This document shows positions 28,542 to 38,868 of a stretch of 64,000 nt of DNA, in pieces. A program made the translations under genes and the position numbers. The notes under the pieces are model-generated. The model was not told the origin of the DNA. It ran no database searches and saw only the letters and a program-made list of their open reading frames with translations. Positions within the stretch are counted from its first letter, which is position 1; every line of letters starts with the position of its first letter. The stretch covers positions 1,770-65,769 of the forward strand of contig CAMBMK010000002.1 of assembly GCA_945868745.1 (NCBI GenBank). The letters run 5' to 3'. The stretch comes from an uncultured Bacteroidales bacterium. Lineage in GTDB: Bacteria; Bacteroidota; Bacteroidia; Bacteroidales; UBA932.

Positions 28542-29519
28542 CTATTTTGCGGCTGCGTCTTCCCTGCGCTTGCAGTAGAGCTCCCAGGAATTGAAGATGT
28601 TCTGCCAGATTGCGTAGAGTCCTCCGGCAATTGAAGTCACAGGGGTCATGTAGTTGTAGCCCAGCCAGATGAGAAAGCCTGTGTTCTTCTGGCCGAGCGC
28701 CTGTCCGGAGGTTATCATGTCCTTCTTTCCGAACCGTCTGCCGTTCAGCCGCCCGAATGCGAACTGCAGGGCGCAGCAGGCGAGCGACACCACTCCGATG
28801 AGTACCAGAGCCCAGAAGGAGAGGCCGCTCCAGACGAGGGAGCGGGTGGCAAGAATCATCGCCAGCGTGAGGCTTATCCCCCAGAAATAGAAAGACCAGT
28901 GGGCATATCTGAGCAGCCACGCCTGGAGCCTCGGGAACATGTATCTGATAATCCAGGCTATGAAGCATGGCAGCAGGAGCATCGGGAAAATCCTCACTGC
29001 AATGACGGACACGATGGTCCAGAAAGGCATGTCGGAAGGATGGATCACCGGGACGACGGCCGGGATCAGGAATGTGACTATCGTGTTGATCATCACAAGG
29101 TATGACATGTTGCCGGGAAGGCTTCCGCCCAGTTTGTCGGTGATTACCCCCGCCGCCGAAGCGGTAGGGCAGATGAGGCAGAGCATCGCACATTCGAGGA
29201 GGATTCGTCCCGTGCCCTTCGGGGTATAGACGGCAATCAGCGCGAGAACCAGGAACGAGACGGTCTGCAGGAGGAGCGGGCCAATGTGCCAGCGGTGGAA
29301 GCGCATCTCCCTCGGGGACATCTTTACCATCTGGAGGAAAATCATCACTCCGATGAGGAAGGTCTGTGAGTTGGAAGCAATCTTTCTGCAGGTTTCCCCG
29401 ATCGGGTGGAGTGCGTGGCAGAAATGGAAAATGAGGTAAGAGCTTACTCCAAGTACGATTGCAAGGGGAAGCATCCAGTCTTTGACAAACTTTACAAGTT
29501 TATCCGTATGCATTGTCAT
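28542..29519 (-). CDS. Bile acid:Na+ symporter (BASS/SBF)-like transporter
   Basis: About 9-10 TM segments; ICPTASAA and GQALGQKNT motifs. Confidence 0.8.
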   Translation of the reverse strand: MTMHTDKLVKFVKDWMLPLAIVLGVSSYLIFHFCHALHPIGETCRKIASNSQTFLIGVMIFLQMVKMSPREMRFHRWHIGPLLLQTVSFLVLALIAVYTPKGTGRILLECAMLCLICPTASAAGVITDKLGGSLPGNMSYLVMINTIVTFLIPAVVPVIHPSDMPFWTIVSVIAVRIFPMLLLPCFIAWIIRYMFPRLQAWLLRYAHWSFYFWGISLTLAMILATRSLVWSGLSFWALVLIGVVSLACCALQFAFGRLNGRRFGKKDMITSGQALGQKNTGFLIWLGYNYMTPVTSIAGGLYAIWQNIFNSWELYCKRREDAAAK

Positions 29520-29630
29520 CACTCGTGAAATGAATTTTGCCGGGCAAATATCGCATAAAAAGATTAACTTTGCAAGATTGTCCGCTTTTTTGGACAATGG
29601 ACTGAATTGATGGATTCAAACCAGATGACA

Positions 29631-31652
29631 ATGAGAAAATATTTTTCATTCATCGCATCGGCGCTGGTGCTTGCCGGATGCGGTGCGGCAGAAGGCAGCC
29701 GTGAGAAAGTGCCTGCAATCGATCTTGCCAACCTTGACACTACGGTGGCTCCGGGACAGGATTTCTACCTCTATTCTACGGGAGGATGGCAGAAAAACAA
29801 CCCTCTCGGGCCGGAATACGCCCGTTTCGGCTCATTCGACCAGCTCAGGGAAAACTCCGTGGAGAAGCTCAACGACCTTTTCAAGGAGATGACGACCATG
29901 AAGACAAGGGAAGGCAGCGACGAGCGCAAGATAGCCGACCTCTACAAGATGGGCCTCGATTCGCTCAGGCTCAATGAGGAAGGAGCCGCACCTCTCAAGT
30001 CATACATCGACGAAATCTATTCCGTTACCGACCGTGAAGGTATTGTGAGGACAATTGCAAGGATGCACAGCAGCGGTGCCGGGGCATTTTTTGCCACAAG
30101 CGTGATGTCCGATTTCATGGATTCCGACTCCCAGATACTCTTTTTTGGACAGAGCGGACTCGGAATCGGCGACAGGGACTATTACACCGAGGAACGCAAT
30201 GCGGGTATCAAGGAAGGTTACCGCAAGTTCCTTGCAAGGGTTTTCGCCCTCGCCGGAGTTGAGAATGCGGAGAAAGCCGCCGACAATGCCCTTTCCGTAG
30301 AGGATGTGCTTGCGGAGAATTCCTGGACAAGCGTGCAGGAAAGGGATATCCCGGCAATGTACAACCCGATGACCACTGCCGAACTGGTCGCAAGATATCC
30401 GGGTTTCGATTTCGCTTCATACCTTTCCGAAAGGAACATCCCTGACCAGCAGAAACTGATCGTGTGCGAGCTGTCGTTCTTTGACGCCTTCGCCAAATAC
30501 TTCGCGCAGGCCGACATCGATGTCCTCAAGGACTATCTTGCCGGAATGCTCATCCAGGATGCCTGCGGTGCGCTGAGCGACGATTTCTATGATGCCTCGT
30601 TCGATTTCTTCAGCCGTCAGATGTCCGGCATCGAGCAGCAGAAGCCGCGCTGGAAGAGGGCTATGCAGGTTCCTAACGGCATTCTCGGAGAGGCTGTGGG
30701 CAAAATGTATGTCGCAAAATATTTCCCTGAAAGCTCAAAGAAAAAGATGGAGGAGCTCGTGGCCAATCTCCAGAAGGCCCTCGGGGAGCATATCGATTCC
30801 CTCGACTGGATGAGCAGTGAGACCAAGGTCAAGGCCCACGAAAAGCTTGACGCCTTTACCGTGAAAATCGGCTATCCGGACAAATGGAAGGATTACGGCA
30901 CCCTTTCAATCGACCCTTCGAAGAGCTATTATGAAAATCTCAAGGCTGCCAGCGAGTGGTATATCGCCGACAATATGAGCAGGCTCGGCAAGCCGACCGA
31001 CCGCAGCGAATGGGGCATGACTCCCCAGACCGTGAATGCATATTACAACCCTACAACCAACGAGATATGCTTCCCGGCAGCGATCCTCCAGCCGCCGTTC
31101 TTCAACCCTGATGCCGACGATCCGGTCAACTACGGCGGAATCGGAGTCGTAATCGGCCACGAGATGTCGCACGGATTCGACGACCAGGGCCGCCTCTTCG
31201 ATGCGAAGGGCAATATGGCATCCTGGTGGACCGACGAGGATGACGCCAAGTTCCGTGCAAAGGCCGAAGCCCTTGCCGCACAGTACAACAAAGTGGAAAT
31301 CGTTCCCGGCCTCATGGCCAACGGAGCGCTCACCACGGGAGAGAACATCGGTGACCACGGCGGACTCAGCATCGCTTTCACGGCAATGCAGAACGCCCTC
31401 GAGGGCAAAAGCCGCGAGCTGATAGACGGTTTCACCCCTGAGCAGAGGTTCTATCTCTCATACGGAGCTATCTGGGCCCAGAACATCACCGATGCCGAGA
31501 AGGAAAGGCTCACTATGCTGGATGTCCACTCCCTTGCGGTAAACAGGGTAAATGTGGCCGTAAGGAACTTCCAGTCATTCTTCGACGCATTCGGCATCAA
31601 GGAGGGCGAACCGATGTATCTTCCTGAGGAAGAAAGGGTTCATATCTGGTAA
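29631..31652 (+). CDS. pepO: M13 metalloendopeptidase (PepO), lipoprotein
   Basis: Lipobox LAGC; VNAYY, HEMSH and GENIGD motifs. Confidence 0.93.
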   Translation: MRKYFSFIASALVLAGCGAAEGSREKVPAIDLANLDTTVAPGQDFYLYSTGGWQKNNPLGPEYARFGSFDQLRENSVEKLNDLFKEMTTMKTREGSDERKIADLYKMGLDSLRLNEEGAAPLKSYIDEIYSVTDREGIVRTIARMHSSGAGAFFATSVMSDFMDSDSQILFFGQSGLGIGDRDYYTEERNAGIKEGYRKFLARVFALAGVENAEKAADNALSVEDVLAENSWTSVQERDIPAMYNPMTTAELVARYPGFDFASYLSERNIPDQQKLIVCELSFFDAFAKYFAQADIDVLKDYLAGMLIQDACGALSDDFYDASFDFFSRQMSGIEQQKPRWKRAMQVPNGILGEAVGKMYVAKYFPESSKKKMEELVANLQKALGEHIDSLDWMSSETKVKAHEKLDAFTVKIGYPDKWKDYGTLSIDPSKSYYENLKAASEWYIADNMSRLGKPTDRSEWGMTPQTVNAYYNPTTNEICFPAAILQPPFFNPDADDPVNYGGIGVVIGHEMSHGFDDQGRLFDAKGNMASWWTDEDDAKFRAKAEALAAQYNKVEIVPGLMANGALTTGENIGDHGGLSIAFTAMQNALEGKSRELIDGFTPEQRFYLSYGAIWAQNITDAEKERLTMLDVHSLAVNRVNVAVRNFQSFFDAFGIKEGEPMYLPEEERVHIW

Positions 31653-32810
31653 ATGAAGGCGAGCCGATTCATAGCCGGCCGTCTGCGGTACGAAGGAAAG
31701 ATGGCGATGTGGACCATCGCCCTTTCCTTTTTCATAATGATAGTGGCTGTCTGCATTTCACGGGGCTTCCGCAAGGAGCTCCGTGAAGGGATAGCCTTGA
31801 TTTCCGGAGACATTTCCATTTCCAATTCCACCATCGACTTTACGGGAGAGAATCCTCTTGAGGATGCATCCACGATAATGGCCGCCGTAGACTCGGTGGG
31901 AGGTGTGGCCGGAGTCATCCCTGCCGTTTACAGGGCCGGAATAGTAAAGAGTGACAGCGAGATAGGAGGGGTGATTTTCAAGGGTGTGCCCGGGGGAGGG
32001 GACAGCCTCGGAGTGAGTGTCCCGGCGAAGCTCGCACGCCAGATTGGTCTTTCCAAGGGAGATGCACTGACCGCATATTTCATCGGTGAAAGGGTGAAAG
32101 TCAGGAAGTTCCGTGTGGACAGCATCTACGAGGACGTGATGGGCTCTTCGGAGCGTCCGGTGGTATTTGCAGGGATCGGGGATATGCGCAGGCTCAACGG
32201 CTGGACCGAAGATGAGGTCTCAGCAGTGGAGGTGCTCCTGGAAGATGACTGGAGGGGCTATGAGGAGCTCGAATGGAAAAACGGTGAGATAGGAAGCCTT
32301 CTTTTGCTTTCAGCTCCGGACATCCGCACAGCACCTGTTGCCACCCCTGCCACAGCGCGATACCCGTCTATTTTTTCGTGGCTCAGCGTAATCGATATGA
32401 ATGTGATGGTGGTCCTGCTGCTGATGACTGCCGTCGCCGGTTTCAATATGATTTCCGGCCTGCTGATCCTTCTTTTCCGCAATATCAGCACAATAGGCCT
32501 GCTGAAGTCGCTGGGGATGACCGACGCATCCATATCTTCTGTATTCCTGAGGGTATCTTCTGTATTGGTTCTCAAGGGGATGGCTATCGGCAATGCCGCG
32601 GCCCTGCTGCTGTGCGCGGTACAGAACCTCACCCATTTCCTCAAGCTCGACCCGGCCAATTATTACGTCTCATTCGTGCCGATGTCCGTATCGCCGAGGC
32701 TCATTCTTGCGGCTGACCTTCTGTCGTTTCTTGCCGTGATGGTCCTGCTGCTGATACCGTGTCTTTTTGTGGCGAAGGTTGATCCTGCGAAGACCGTGCG
32801 GGCGCAGTAG
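31653..32810 (+). CDS. ABC transporter permease, LolC/E (FtsX/MacB) family
   Basis: TM-periplasmic-3TM topology; IGLLKSLG motif. Confidence 0.88.
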   Translation: MKASRFIAGRLRYEGKMAMWTIALSFFIMIVAVCISRGFRKELREGIALISGDISISNSTIDFTGENPLEDASTIMAAVDSVGGVAGVIPAVYRAGIVKSDSEIGGVIFKGVPGGGDSLGVSVPAKLARQIGLSKGDALTAYFIGERVKVRKFRVDSIYEDVMGSSERPVVFAGIGDMRRLNGWTEDEVSAVEVLLEDDWRGYEELEWKNGEIGSLLLLSAPDIRTAPVATPATARYPSIFSWLSVIDMNVMVVLLLMTAVAGFNMISGLLILLFRNISTIGLLKSLGMTDASISSVFLRVSSVLVLKGMAIGNAAALLLCAVQNLTHFLKLDPANYYVSFVPMSVSPRLILAADLLSFLAVMVLLLIPCLFVAKVDPAKTVRAQ

Positions 32811-33855
32811 GTTTTGCCCCCGGAATGATGGTGCAGAATGCCCTGTAGAGCGAATCCGTTATCCTGATGTACCTGATTGTCTCGTATCCTTTGAAGACTC
32901 CGAGGGATACGGTGCTGTCGATGTTGCCGCTTTCGCGCAGATGCGGAATCACGGCTTCTATTTCCTCCCAGGTGGAGTGGGGCAGCCCGTGTCCCTTCGC
33001 GTAGCTGATGCAGTCCTTTATTCTGCCTTCCCCCGCATTGTAGGCCGCCAGCGTGACTCTCATAAGGTCATCCTCCGATACGTCCTGTGCAAACATCCTC
33101 TGCAGCCTGGCAAGATACCTGACTCCCGTCTCCACATTCCTTTCCGGGTCCAGCATGTCATCGTGGCCGAAACTCTTCGCCGTGGATGGAATCATCTGCA
33201 TCAGTCCTTCCGCCCCTTTCCGCGAACGGGCCTCGATATGGAACTTCGACTCCTGCCATACAAGCGCGCAGAGCATCCTCCAGTCCCATCCGATGGAGGC
33301 TGCGTGTCTCTTTATGATATCGTCATAGGGGCTTGCATTGCGGTAAGTCTTTCCCCGGCGGACCCGGGAGAACGGTTCATACGAATGTGCAAACCTGTCC
33401 ACAAACTCCGGATAATCCTCGGATGCCCTTACTCCGGAAAGGTAGCTGTTGATCCTGTGGATGAATTTTTTGTGTTTCCCGCTTGCAACCCAGACTGTGC
33501 TGTCCTCCTGCATCACGGACACGGCCATATCCTCCAGGAGCGAGTCGGCCGATACCGGGACCACAATGATGTCGATGCTGTCAAGCTGCAGTGAATCAAT
33601 CAGGCAGCTGTCAAGCTGCGCAAGGAAAATGTCGGCGTCGAGCTGCTCCGTTGCTGCAAATCCCCGGAGAAGCTCATAATTGAAGCCTGTGCTGAAATGG
33701 ATGCTGCGTGACCTGTGTCCGTCGAGGCAGATTGCCGCCCTTAGCCTTTCGTGGCTGTGCCCGGGCTTTTCGGGCTTCCGGATGCACAGGATGGGTATCA
33801 CCATCAGTGCGATGATGCAGGCAATGACTATGTAGGACAACTGTCTCTTACCCAT
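32701..33855 (-). CDS. MltF-like lytic transglycosylase (SLT domain)
   Basis: QESKF, GLMQM, AAYNAG and ET..Y motifs; degenerate N-terminal binding domain. Confidence 0.88.
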   Translation of the reverse strand: MGKRQLSYIVIACIIALMVIPILCIRKPEKPGHSHERLRAAICLDGHRSRSIHFSTGFNYELLRGFAATEQLDADIFLAQLDSCLIDSLQLDSIDIIVVPVSADSLLEDMAVSVMQEDSTVWVASGKHKKFIHRINSYLSGVRASEDYPEFVDRFAHSYEPFSRVRRGKTYRNASPYDDIIKRHAASIGWDWRMLCALVWQESKFHIEARSRKGAEGLMQMIPSTAKSFGHDDMLDPERNVETGVRYLARLQRMFAQDVSEDDLMRVTLAAYNAGEGRIKDCISYAKGHGLPHSTWEEIEAVIPHLRESGNIDSTVSLGVFKGYETIRYIRITDSLYRAFCTIIPGAKPTAPARSSQDQPSPQKDTVSAAGPSRQETTEGQPQE

Positions 33856-36476
33856 TATCTTGAATTCATTCCGCGCTGGAAAGAGCCGCCCTGGCCCATC
33901 CCGCCCTGGCTGCCTTTTGAAGAGGAGCCTCCGGAGGCGGAGACTGTGCTGTTTCTGTTAGGCTGGGTGTAGAACGGCCACCATACTCCGAACTTGATAC
34001 CCCTCTGCGGCCTTATGTATCCGTCTGCACTGAAATAGTCCGCCGAATTGTTAGGCCAGCCCATATTGATGTTGATAACCTTCACGAAAATTGTCGTCCT
34101 CTTCCACTGGATGTTGACGAATGCATCGATGTAAGGGCAGTCCCCGTATTTGTTGGTGTTCTGGTTGTGGAACATTCCGCTTTGCGGGCTGTATGCTGGG
34201 GCATACCATTTTGTCGTGTAAAGGGCGTTTGCTCCGATCTGCATCTGCATCACATTCCTGACGACATCAAACTGGAAATACCACTTGAGGTTGGCCGCAA
34301 GCATCGGAAGAGGCAGGACATCTTCATTGGAAGATGCCTGGAACAGGAGATTGTTGTCGAGATGGAGCCCCTTGACGGCAAAATTCTTCTGGAGCCCGAT
34401 CTTGAACACGCTCATCGCTTCCGGATTCTGGCGTGCAACCGCCTGCGTGTCATAGTAGATGTTGTTGGCAAGAAGGGAGTATCCGGCATTGACCGAGAAA
34501 TCCCAGTGCGGTATGCTGATGGAGCCTTCCACCATAGTCGTGGATTTCCTGTCAAAATCGCTGTCCCACTTCAGGTGGTTGGAAAAATAGTGTCTTTCAA
34601 GGAATTCCGCCGATTCGAGGGACGTCGAGAACCTTGCCCCTATGTTGACAGGACTTGTGCGGTGCCTTCTGAACGGATAGAAACTGAATCCCATCGAGGC
34701 ATCGATGCCGAAATCGTTGGCCCTGTCACCGGCGAAATTGTAGTAGGCGTCGGCATTCCAGCTTATGTATTTCCTGAAACTTCCCGCCGCGCCGCCGTAC
34801 AGGTAGAAAGTGCTTTCCGTTACATTGCGCGAAGGTGACAGGTAGCCGTCAGGCGTAAACATGAAGTAGTTCATGTTGTGGTTGCCGATGCCAGCGTTGA
34901 CCGTGGACACTATGGCATCTTCCGCCCATGGCTGTATGCGCAGGAAGATCCTGTTGTCCAGCTTCCTTACCCTTATCGAGTCGTTTGAAACGGTGGGGTT
35001 GATGTAGAAATTGTTGTGGTAGAAATTCCTTCCCGCCTCGTCCGAGGTACCTATTCTGTCGTAGTACATCTTGGAATAGACGGAGTATTCGGTGCTGTGG
35101 CCTATGAAGGCGGTAGTCCCGTCAAAGTCTTCTGTCCCAATTTCTTCCTCCTGGTCTTTGGCTGCCTTGCCGGTGAGCTTGTTGATAAATCCGATAGGAA
35201 TCCTGCAGGTCTGGTCAAGGAACCAGGTCCTCTTGTAGATGCGGTTGTCGGCATTGGTCAGCCTTACGGCCACCTCCCTTGAACCTACGGTCGTGTCCCT
35301 GATCCAGAAATTGTCCACCACTCCGCCGTTTTCGTTGCGCCTGACCTGGTTGAAAATGAAGCCCGCATGGGCCATATACTTCTTTCCCAGATAGTTGCCG
35401 GCAAAGACCACATTCCTGTTGTCGGTAGCCTCGTTCTCGAGCATGCCGTTGGAGCCGTTCCTGTCATACTCAAACATGATGTTGAGCGACGGGAAGATGT
35501 TCTGGGTGGTCATGATGTGGATGTCGGTTTCCTCGCGCTCGATGTTGGCAAAGAGGGTACCGTAGTACGAAAGCTCCGTATATGGAGTCTTTGTGTTGTA
35601 CATCGGCAGTGTGCAGGGAGAGAATGAATACGGCTCGTAAGGGGCGTAGAATCCGACGCATTCGTCAGTCCTGCGCTTGAAAAAGTCATATGTCTGCACC
35701 GGCGAACCGGATACTCCGAGGTATGAAGCATTCACGTCCGTTTTCATGAACGGATAGTCGTTGAACCGGTAATTGTAGCCCGTGTCAAGCGGGATTACCT
35801 TCGGCGTGTTGTAGTACCTGTCCTTGTTCCATGCCACTATCCTGTCATACCACTTTTCCTGCGGCAGGGCAAAGGTCTCGAGGATGCGCGGTGTGTTCTC
35901 CCTGATGCTGTCCCTGATGGCCTGGAGGCTGTCCTTGACCGTGAGGATGCTGTCGGTGATGCGCATTTTCTCCTTCATCTTCTGCTCGTAGTCATAGCGC
36001 TTGCGGGCTGTCTTGTCGAGGGAATTGTACCACTCTTCGAATTTCTTCCTTGCAAGTGCGGCGGAGTCGGCGAAATAAATGGAATCGAGCTTCGGCCAGT
36101 CGAGGCTGTCTCCGGCTGCACGCAGCGAATCACGCACCTGGATGTGGGTGAGGGAATCGACAAGGGCAATATAGTATCTGTACCTGAAAGGGTCGGTATA
36201 TTTAAGGGAGTCCGGGACACGGATTGTATCCCTTGCCGATATGGTTTCCTTCTCCTCCTCTAGAAAATCCTGCCCGGACAGGGAATCGGAGGCAACCTTT
36301 TCGCCTGAGGAGCGGAATTTGGTATAAATCTTCGAATTGTCGTAAATGACTGTATCCGGGGCGGCTTCCGGCATTGCGGGACCGGCGGAACGGACATAAT
36401 CCATACCGAAGGTCTGTATTGCGGCAAGCAGGACTGCCGCCGCCGGGAACCAGTATCTTTTCAGAAATCTTTTCAT
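33855..36476 (-). CDS. Putative porin (Bacteroidota outer-membrane beta-barrel)
   Basis: Signal peptide; YNTKTPYTELSY and ENGG motifs; amphipathic beta-strands ending FGVWWPFY. Confidence 0.82.
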   Translation of the reverse strand: MKRFLKRYWFPAAAVLLAAIQTFGMDYVRSAGPAMPEAAPDTVIYDNSKIYTKFRSSGEKVASDSLSGQDFLEEEKETISARDTIRVPDSLKYTDPFRYRYYIALVDSLTHIQVRDSLRAAGDSLDWPKLDSIYFADSAALARKKFEEWYNSLDKTARKRYDYEQKMKEKMRITDSILTVKDSLQAIRDSIRENTPRILETFALPQEKWYDRIVAWNKDRYYNTPKVIPLDTGYNYRFNDYPFMKTDVNASYLGVSGSPVQTYDFFKRRTDECVGFYAPYEPYSFSPCTLPMYNTKTPYTELSYYGTLFANIEREETDIHIMTTQNIFPSLNIMFEYDRNGSNGMLENEATDNRNVVFAGNYLGKKYMAHAGFIFNQVRRNENGGVVDNFWIRDTTVGSREVAVRLTNADNRIYKRTWFLDQTCRIPIGFINKLTGKAAKDQEEEIGTEDFDGTTAFIGHSTEYSVYSKMYYDRIGTSDEAGRNFYHNNFYINPTVSNDSIRVRKLDNRIFLRIQPWAEDAIVSTVNAGIGNHNMNYFMFTPDGYLSPSRNVTESTFYLYGGAAGSFRKYISWNADAYYNFAGDRANDFGIDASMGFSFYPFRRHRTSPVNIGARFSTSLESAEFLERHYFSNHLKWDSDFDRKSTTMVEGSISIPHWDFSVNAGYSLLANNIYYDTQAVARQNPEAMSVFKIGLQKNFAVKGLHLDNNLLFQASSNEDVLPLPMLAANLKWYFQFDVVRNVMQMQIGANALYTTKWYAPAYSPQSGMFHNQNTNKYGDCPYIDAFVNIQWKRTTIFVKVININMGWPNNSADYFSADGYIRPQRGIKFGVWWPFYTQPNRNSTVSASGGSSSKGSQGGMGQGGSFQRGMNSR

Positions 36477-36502
36477 AAACGGACAAAGTTACAAAAAGTC
36501 CG

Positions 36503-38710
36503 TCAATTTGCGACTTCTGCGATGAACTTGATTCTTACTATCCTGATGTCCATCTCGTCAAAGTCACCCGAAAGGTCGTTCAGGGCATCCTCGAGCGAGT
36601 CGGAGGTGGCTTCTTCGCGCAGGTACGAGAAAATCTCCTCCACATCGTCCTGGTCAATGTTGCGGTCGATGTAATAGTTGAGGTTGAGCTTCATCCCGGA
36701 CTCGGCGATGCTCTCGATGTTGGAGAGGAGCTCGTCCATGTCCATGCCCTGAGCCTCGGCGATATCCTCCAGATCCATCTGCCTGTCGATGCCCTGGATG
36801 ATGCTGATTTTCTTTGTGGATTTTGAAGGAATGGTCTTTACCACGAAATCGTCCGGACGCTCTATCTCATTCTCTTCCACATATTTGCGTATGAGTTCAA
36901 GGAATTCGCCCCCGTATTTGCGCGCCTTTCCCTCGCCGACACCCTGGCAGTTCTTGAGCTCCGCTGCGGTAAGCGGGTACATGATGGACATGTCTTCAAG
37001 GGAAGGGTCCCCGAAAATGATCCACGGCTGCATTTTCAGCCTTGCCGCCATATTTTTGCGCAGATCCCTGAGCATCGCAAGCAGGACCGGATCCCCGCCT
37101 CCTCCGCCTTTCTGCGGACCGCCTGCAGGGAGTTCGTCATCATCCTCGTCGGCGGAGTTGCCCGAATACTTGCTGTCCTCGGTCAGAAGGATAGGGTAAG
37201 GGCGCTCCATATAGCCGAGCCCCTCGTCCGTGATTGAAATGAGTCCGTAGCTTTCAATCTCCTTGTCAAGCAGATGGCGTATGGTGCACTGCCTGATTAC
37301 GGCGCCCCAGAACTTCGCGTCGTGGCCTTCCCCGCATCCGAAGAGGTCCAGCTTGTCGTGCCTGTATGATTTGATGATGGCTGTGGATGTGCCTGAGAGG
37401 ATGTTGGCAAGATGTTCTGCCTTGAAGCGCTCCGGGAGGGCCTTTACAAGAGAGAGGACCTTGAGGATTTCCTGCGTCCCGTCAAACTTCGGCTTCGGGT
37501 GGAGGCAGTTGTCGCAAGCCCCGCAGTTGTCTTTTGTATATTCTTCGCCGAAATAGTTGAGCAGCAGCCTTCTGCGGCAGTCTCCGGTCTCCGCGTAGCT
37601 GACCGTCTCGCCGAGCAGCTGCCTGCCGATTTCCTGTTCCGCCACAGGCTTACCCTGCATGAATTTCTCGAGCCGGAGGATGTCCTTGTAGCTGTAGTAT
37701 GCAATGCAGGTCCCCTCAAGCCCGTCACGCCCGGCCCTTCCCGTCTCCTGGTAGTATCCTTCGATGCTCTTGGGCATGTCATAATGGATGACGAACCTCA
37801 CGTCCGGCTTGTCGATGCCCATTCCGAAGGCAATCGTGGCCACGATGACGTCTATGTCCTGCATCAGGAAGCGGTCCTGGTTCTCCGCACGCGTCCTGGC
37901 GTCCAGCCCCGCGTGGTACGGAAGCGCCTTGATGCCGTTGATGTTGAGCATCTGGGCCATCTCCTCCACTTTCTTGCGGCTCAGGCAGTAGATTATGCCG
38001 GACTTGCCCGGGTTCTGCCTGATGTATTTCACTATGTCCTTTTCCGGTTCGATCTTGTCACGGACTTCATAATAGAGGTTGGACCTGTTGAAGGATGACT
38101 TGAAAACCCGTGCGTCCTGGATCCCGAGGTTCTTCATTATGTCGCTCTGGACCTTCGGGGTGGCCGTCGCCGTGAGCGCGATGATCGGAGCATCACCTAT
38201 CTCATTGACTATGGACCTGATGCGCCTGTATTCCGGCCTGAAATCGTGTCCCCATTCGGAGATGCAGTGGGCCTCGTCCACGGCGTAGAAAGAAATCTTT
38301 ATCTCTTTCAGAAGGGCTATGTTCTCGTCTTTGGTGAGCGATTCGGGTGCCACGTACAGCAGCTTGGTCTCCCCTTTGAGGAGATTGTCCCTCACCTCGG
38401 CAACCTGGGCCTTGCTCAGCGAAGAGTTCAGGAAATGGGCAATCCCCTCGTTGCCGGATACAAACCCCCTGATGGCATCCACCTGGTTTTTCATCAGCGC
38501 AATCAGGGGCGAAATCACGATTGCCGTACCCGGCATCACCAAGGCCGGAAGCTGGTAGCAGAGGGACTTGCCACCTCCCGTAGGCATAAGCACGAAGGCG
38601 CTGTTGCCGCTGATGAGATGGTGTATGATTTCTTCCTGGCTGTTCTTGAACGAGTCGAAGCCGAAAAACTCCTTTAACTTGGATTTCAATATGTTATTGT
38701 CCTGGTCCAT
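36503..38710 (-). CDS. recQ: ATP-dependent DNA helicase RecQ
   Basis: MPTGGGKS, DEAHCISEWGHDFRP, QETGRAGRDG; RQC and HRDC domains. Confidence 0.97.
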   Translation of the reverse strand: MDQDNNILKSKLKEFFGFDSFKNSQEEIIHHLISGNSAFVLMPTGGGKSLCYQLPALVMPGTAIVISPLIALMKNQVDAIRGFVSGNEGIAHFLNSSLSKAQVAEVRDNLLKGETKLLYVAPESLTKDENIALLKEIKISFYAVDEAHCISEWGHDFRPEYRRIRSIVNEIGDAPIIALTATATPKVQSDIMKNLGIQDARVFKSSFNRSNLYYEVRDKIEPEKDIVKYIRQNPGKSGIIYCLSRKKVEEMAQMLNINGIKALPYHAGLDARTRAENQDRFLMQDIDVIVATIAFGMGIDKPDVRFVIHYDMPKSIEGYYQETGRAGRDGLEGTCIAYYSYKDILRLEKFMQGKPVAEQEIGRQLLGETVSYAETGDCRRRLLLNYFGEEYTKDNCGACDNCLHPKPKFDGTQEILKVLSLVKALPERFKAEHLANILSGTSTAIIKSYRHDKLDLFGCGEGHDAKFWGAVIRQCTIRHLLDKEIESYGLISITDEGLGYMERPYPILLTEDSKYSGNSADEDDDELPAGGPQKGGGGGDPVLLAMLRDLRKNMAARLKMQPWIIFGDPSLEDMSIMYPLTAAELKNCQGVGEGKARKYGGEFLELIRKYVEENEIERPDDFVVKTIPSKSTKKISIIQGIDRQMDLEDIAEAQGMDMDELLSNIESIAESGMKLNLNYYIDRNIDQDDVEEIFSYLREEATSDSLEDALNDLSGDFDEMDIRIVRIKFIAEVAN

Positions 38711-38868
38711 TGGCGGCCTTTTTTCTTTCTTTGTTAAAAATAGTCAATAATTCAAAGAAAACCAAATAAATCACTTCTTTTCAAAATATTTTTGCGATAT
38801 TTGCATTTCCTGCGTCGCATTAATGAGGCCGGGAAAGTAAAGAATCAATCAAAATCAGACATTATATT

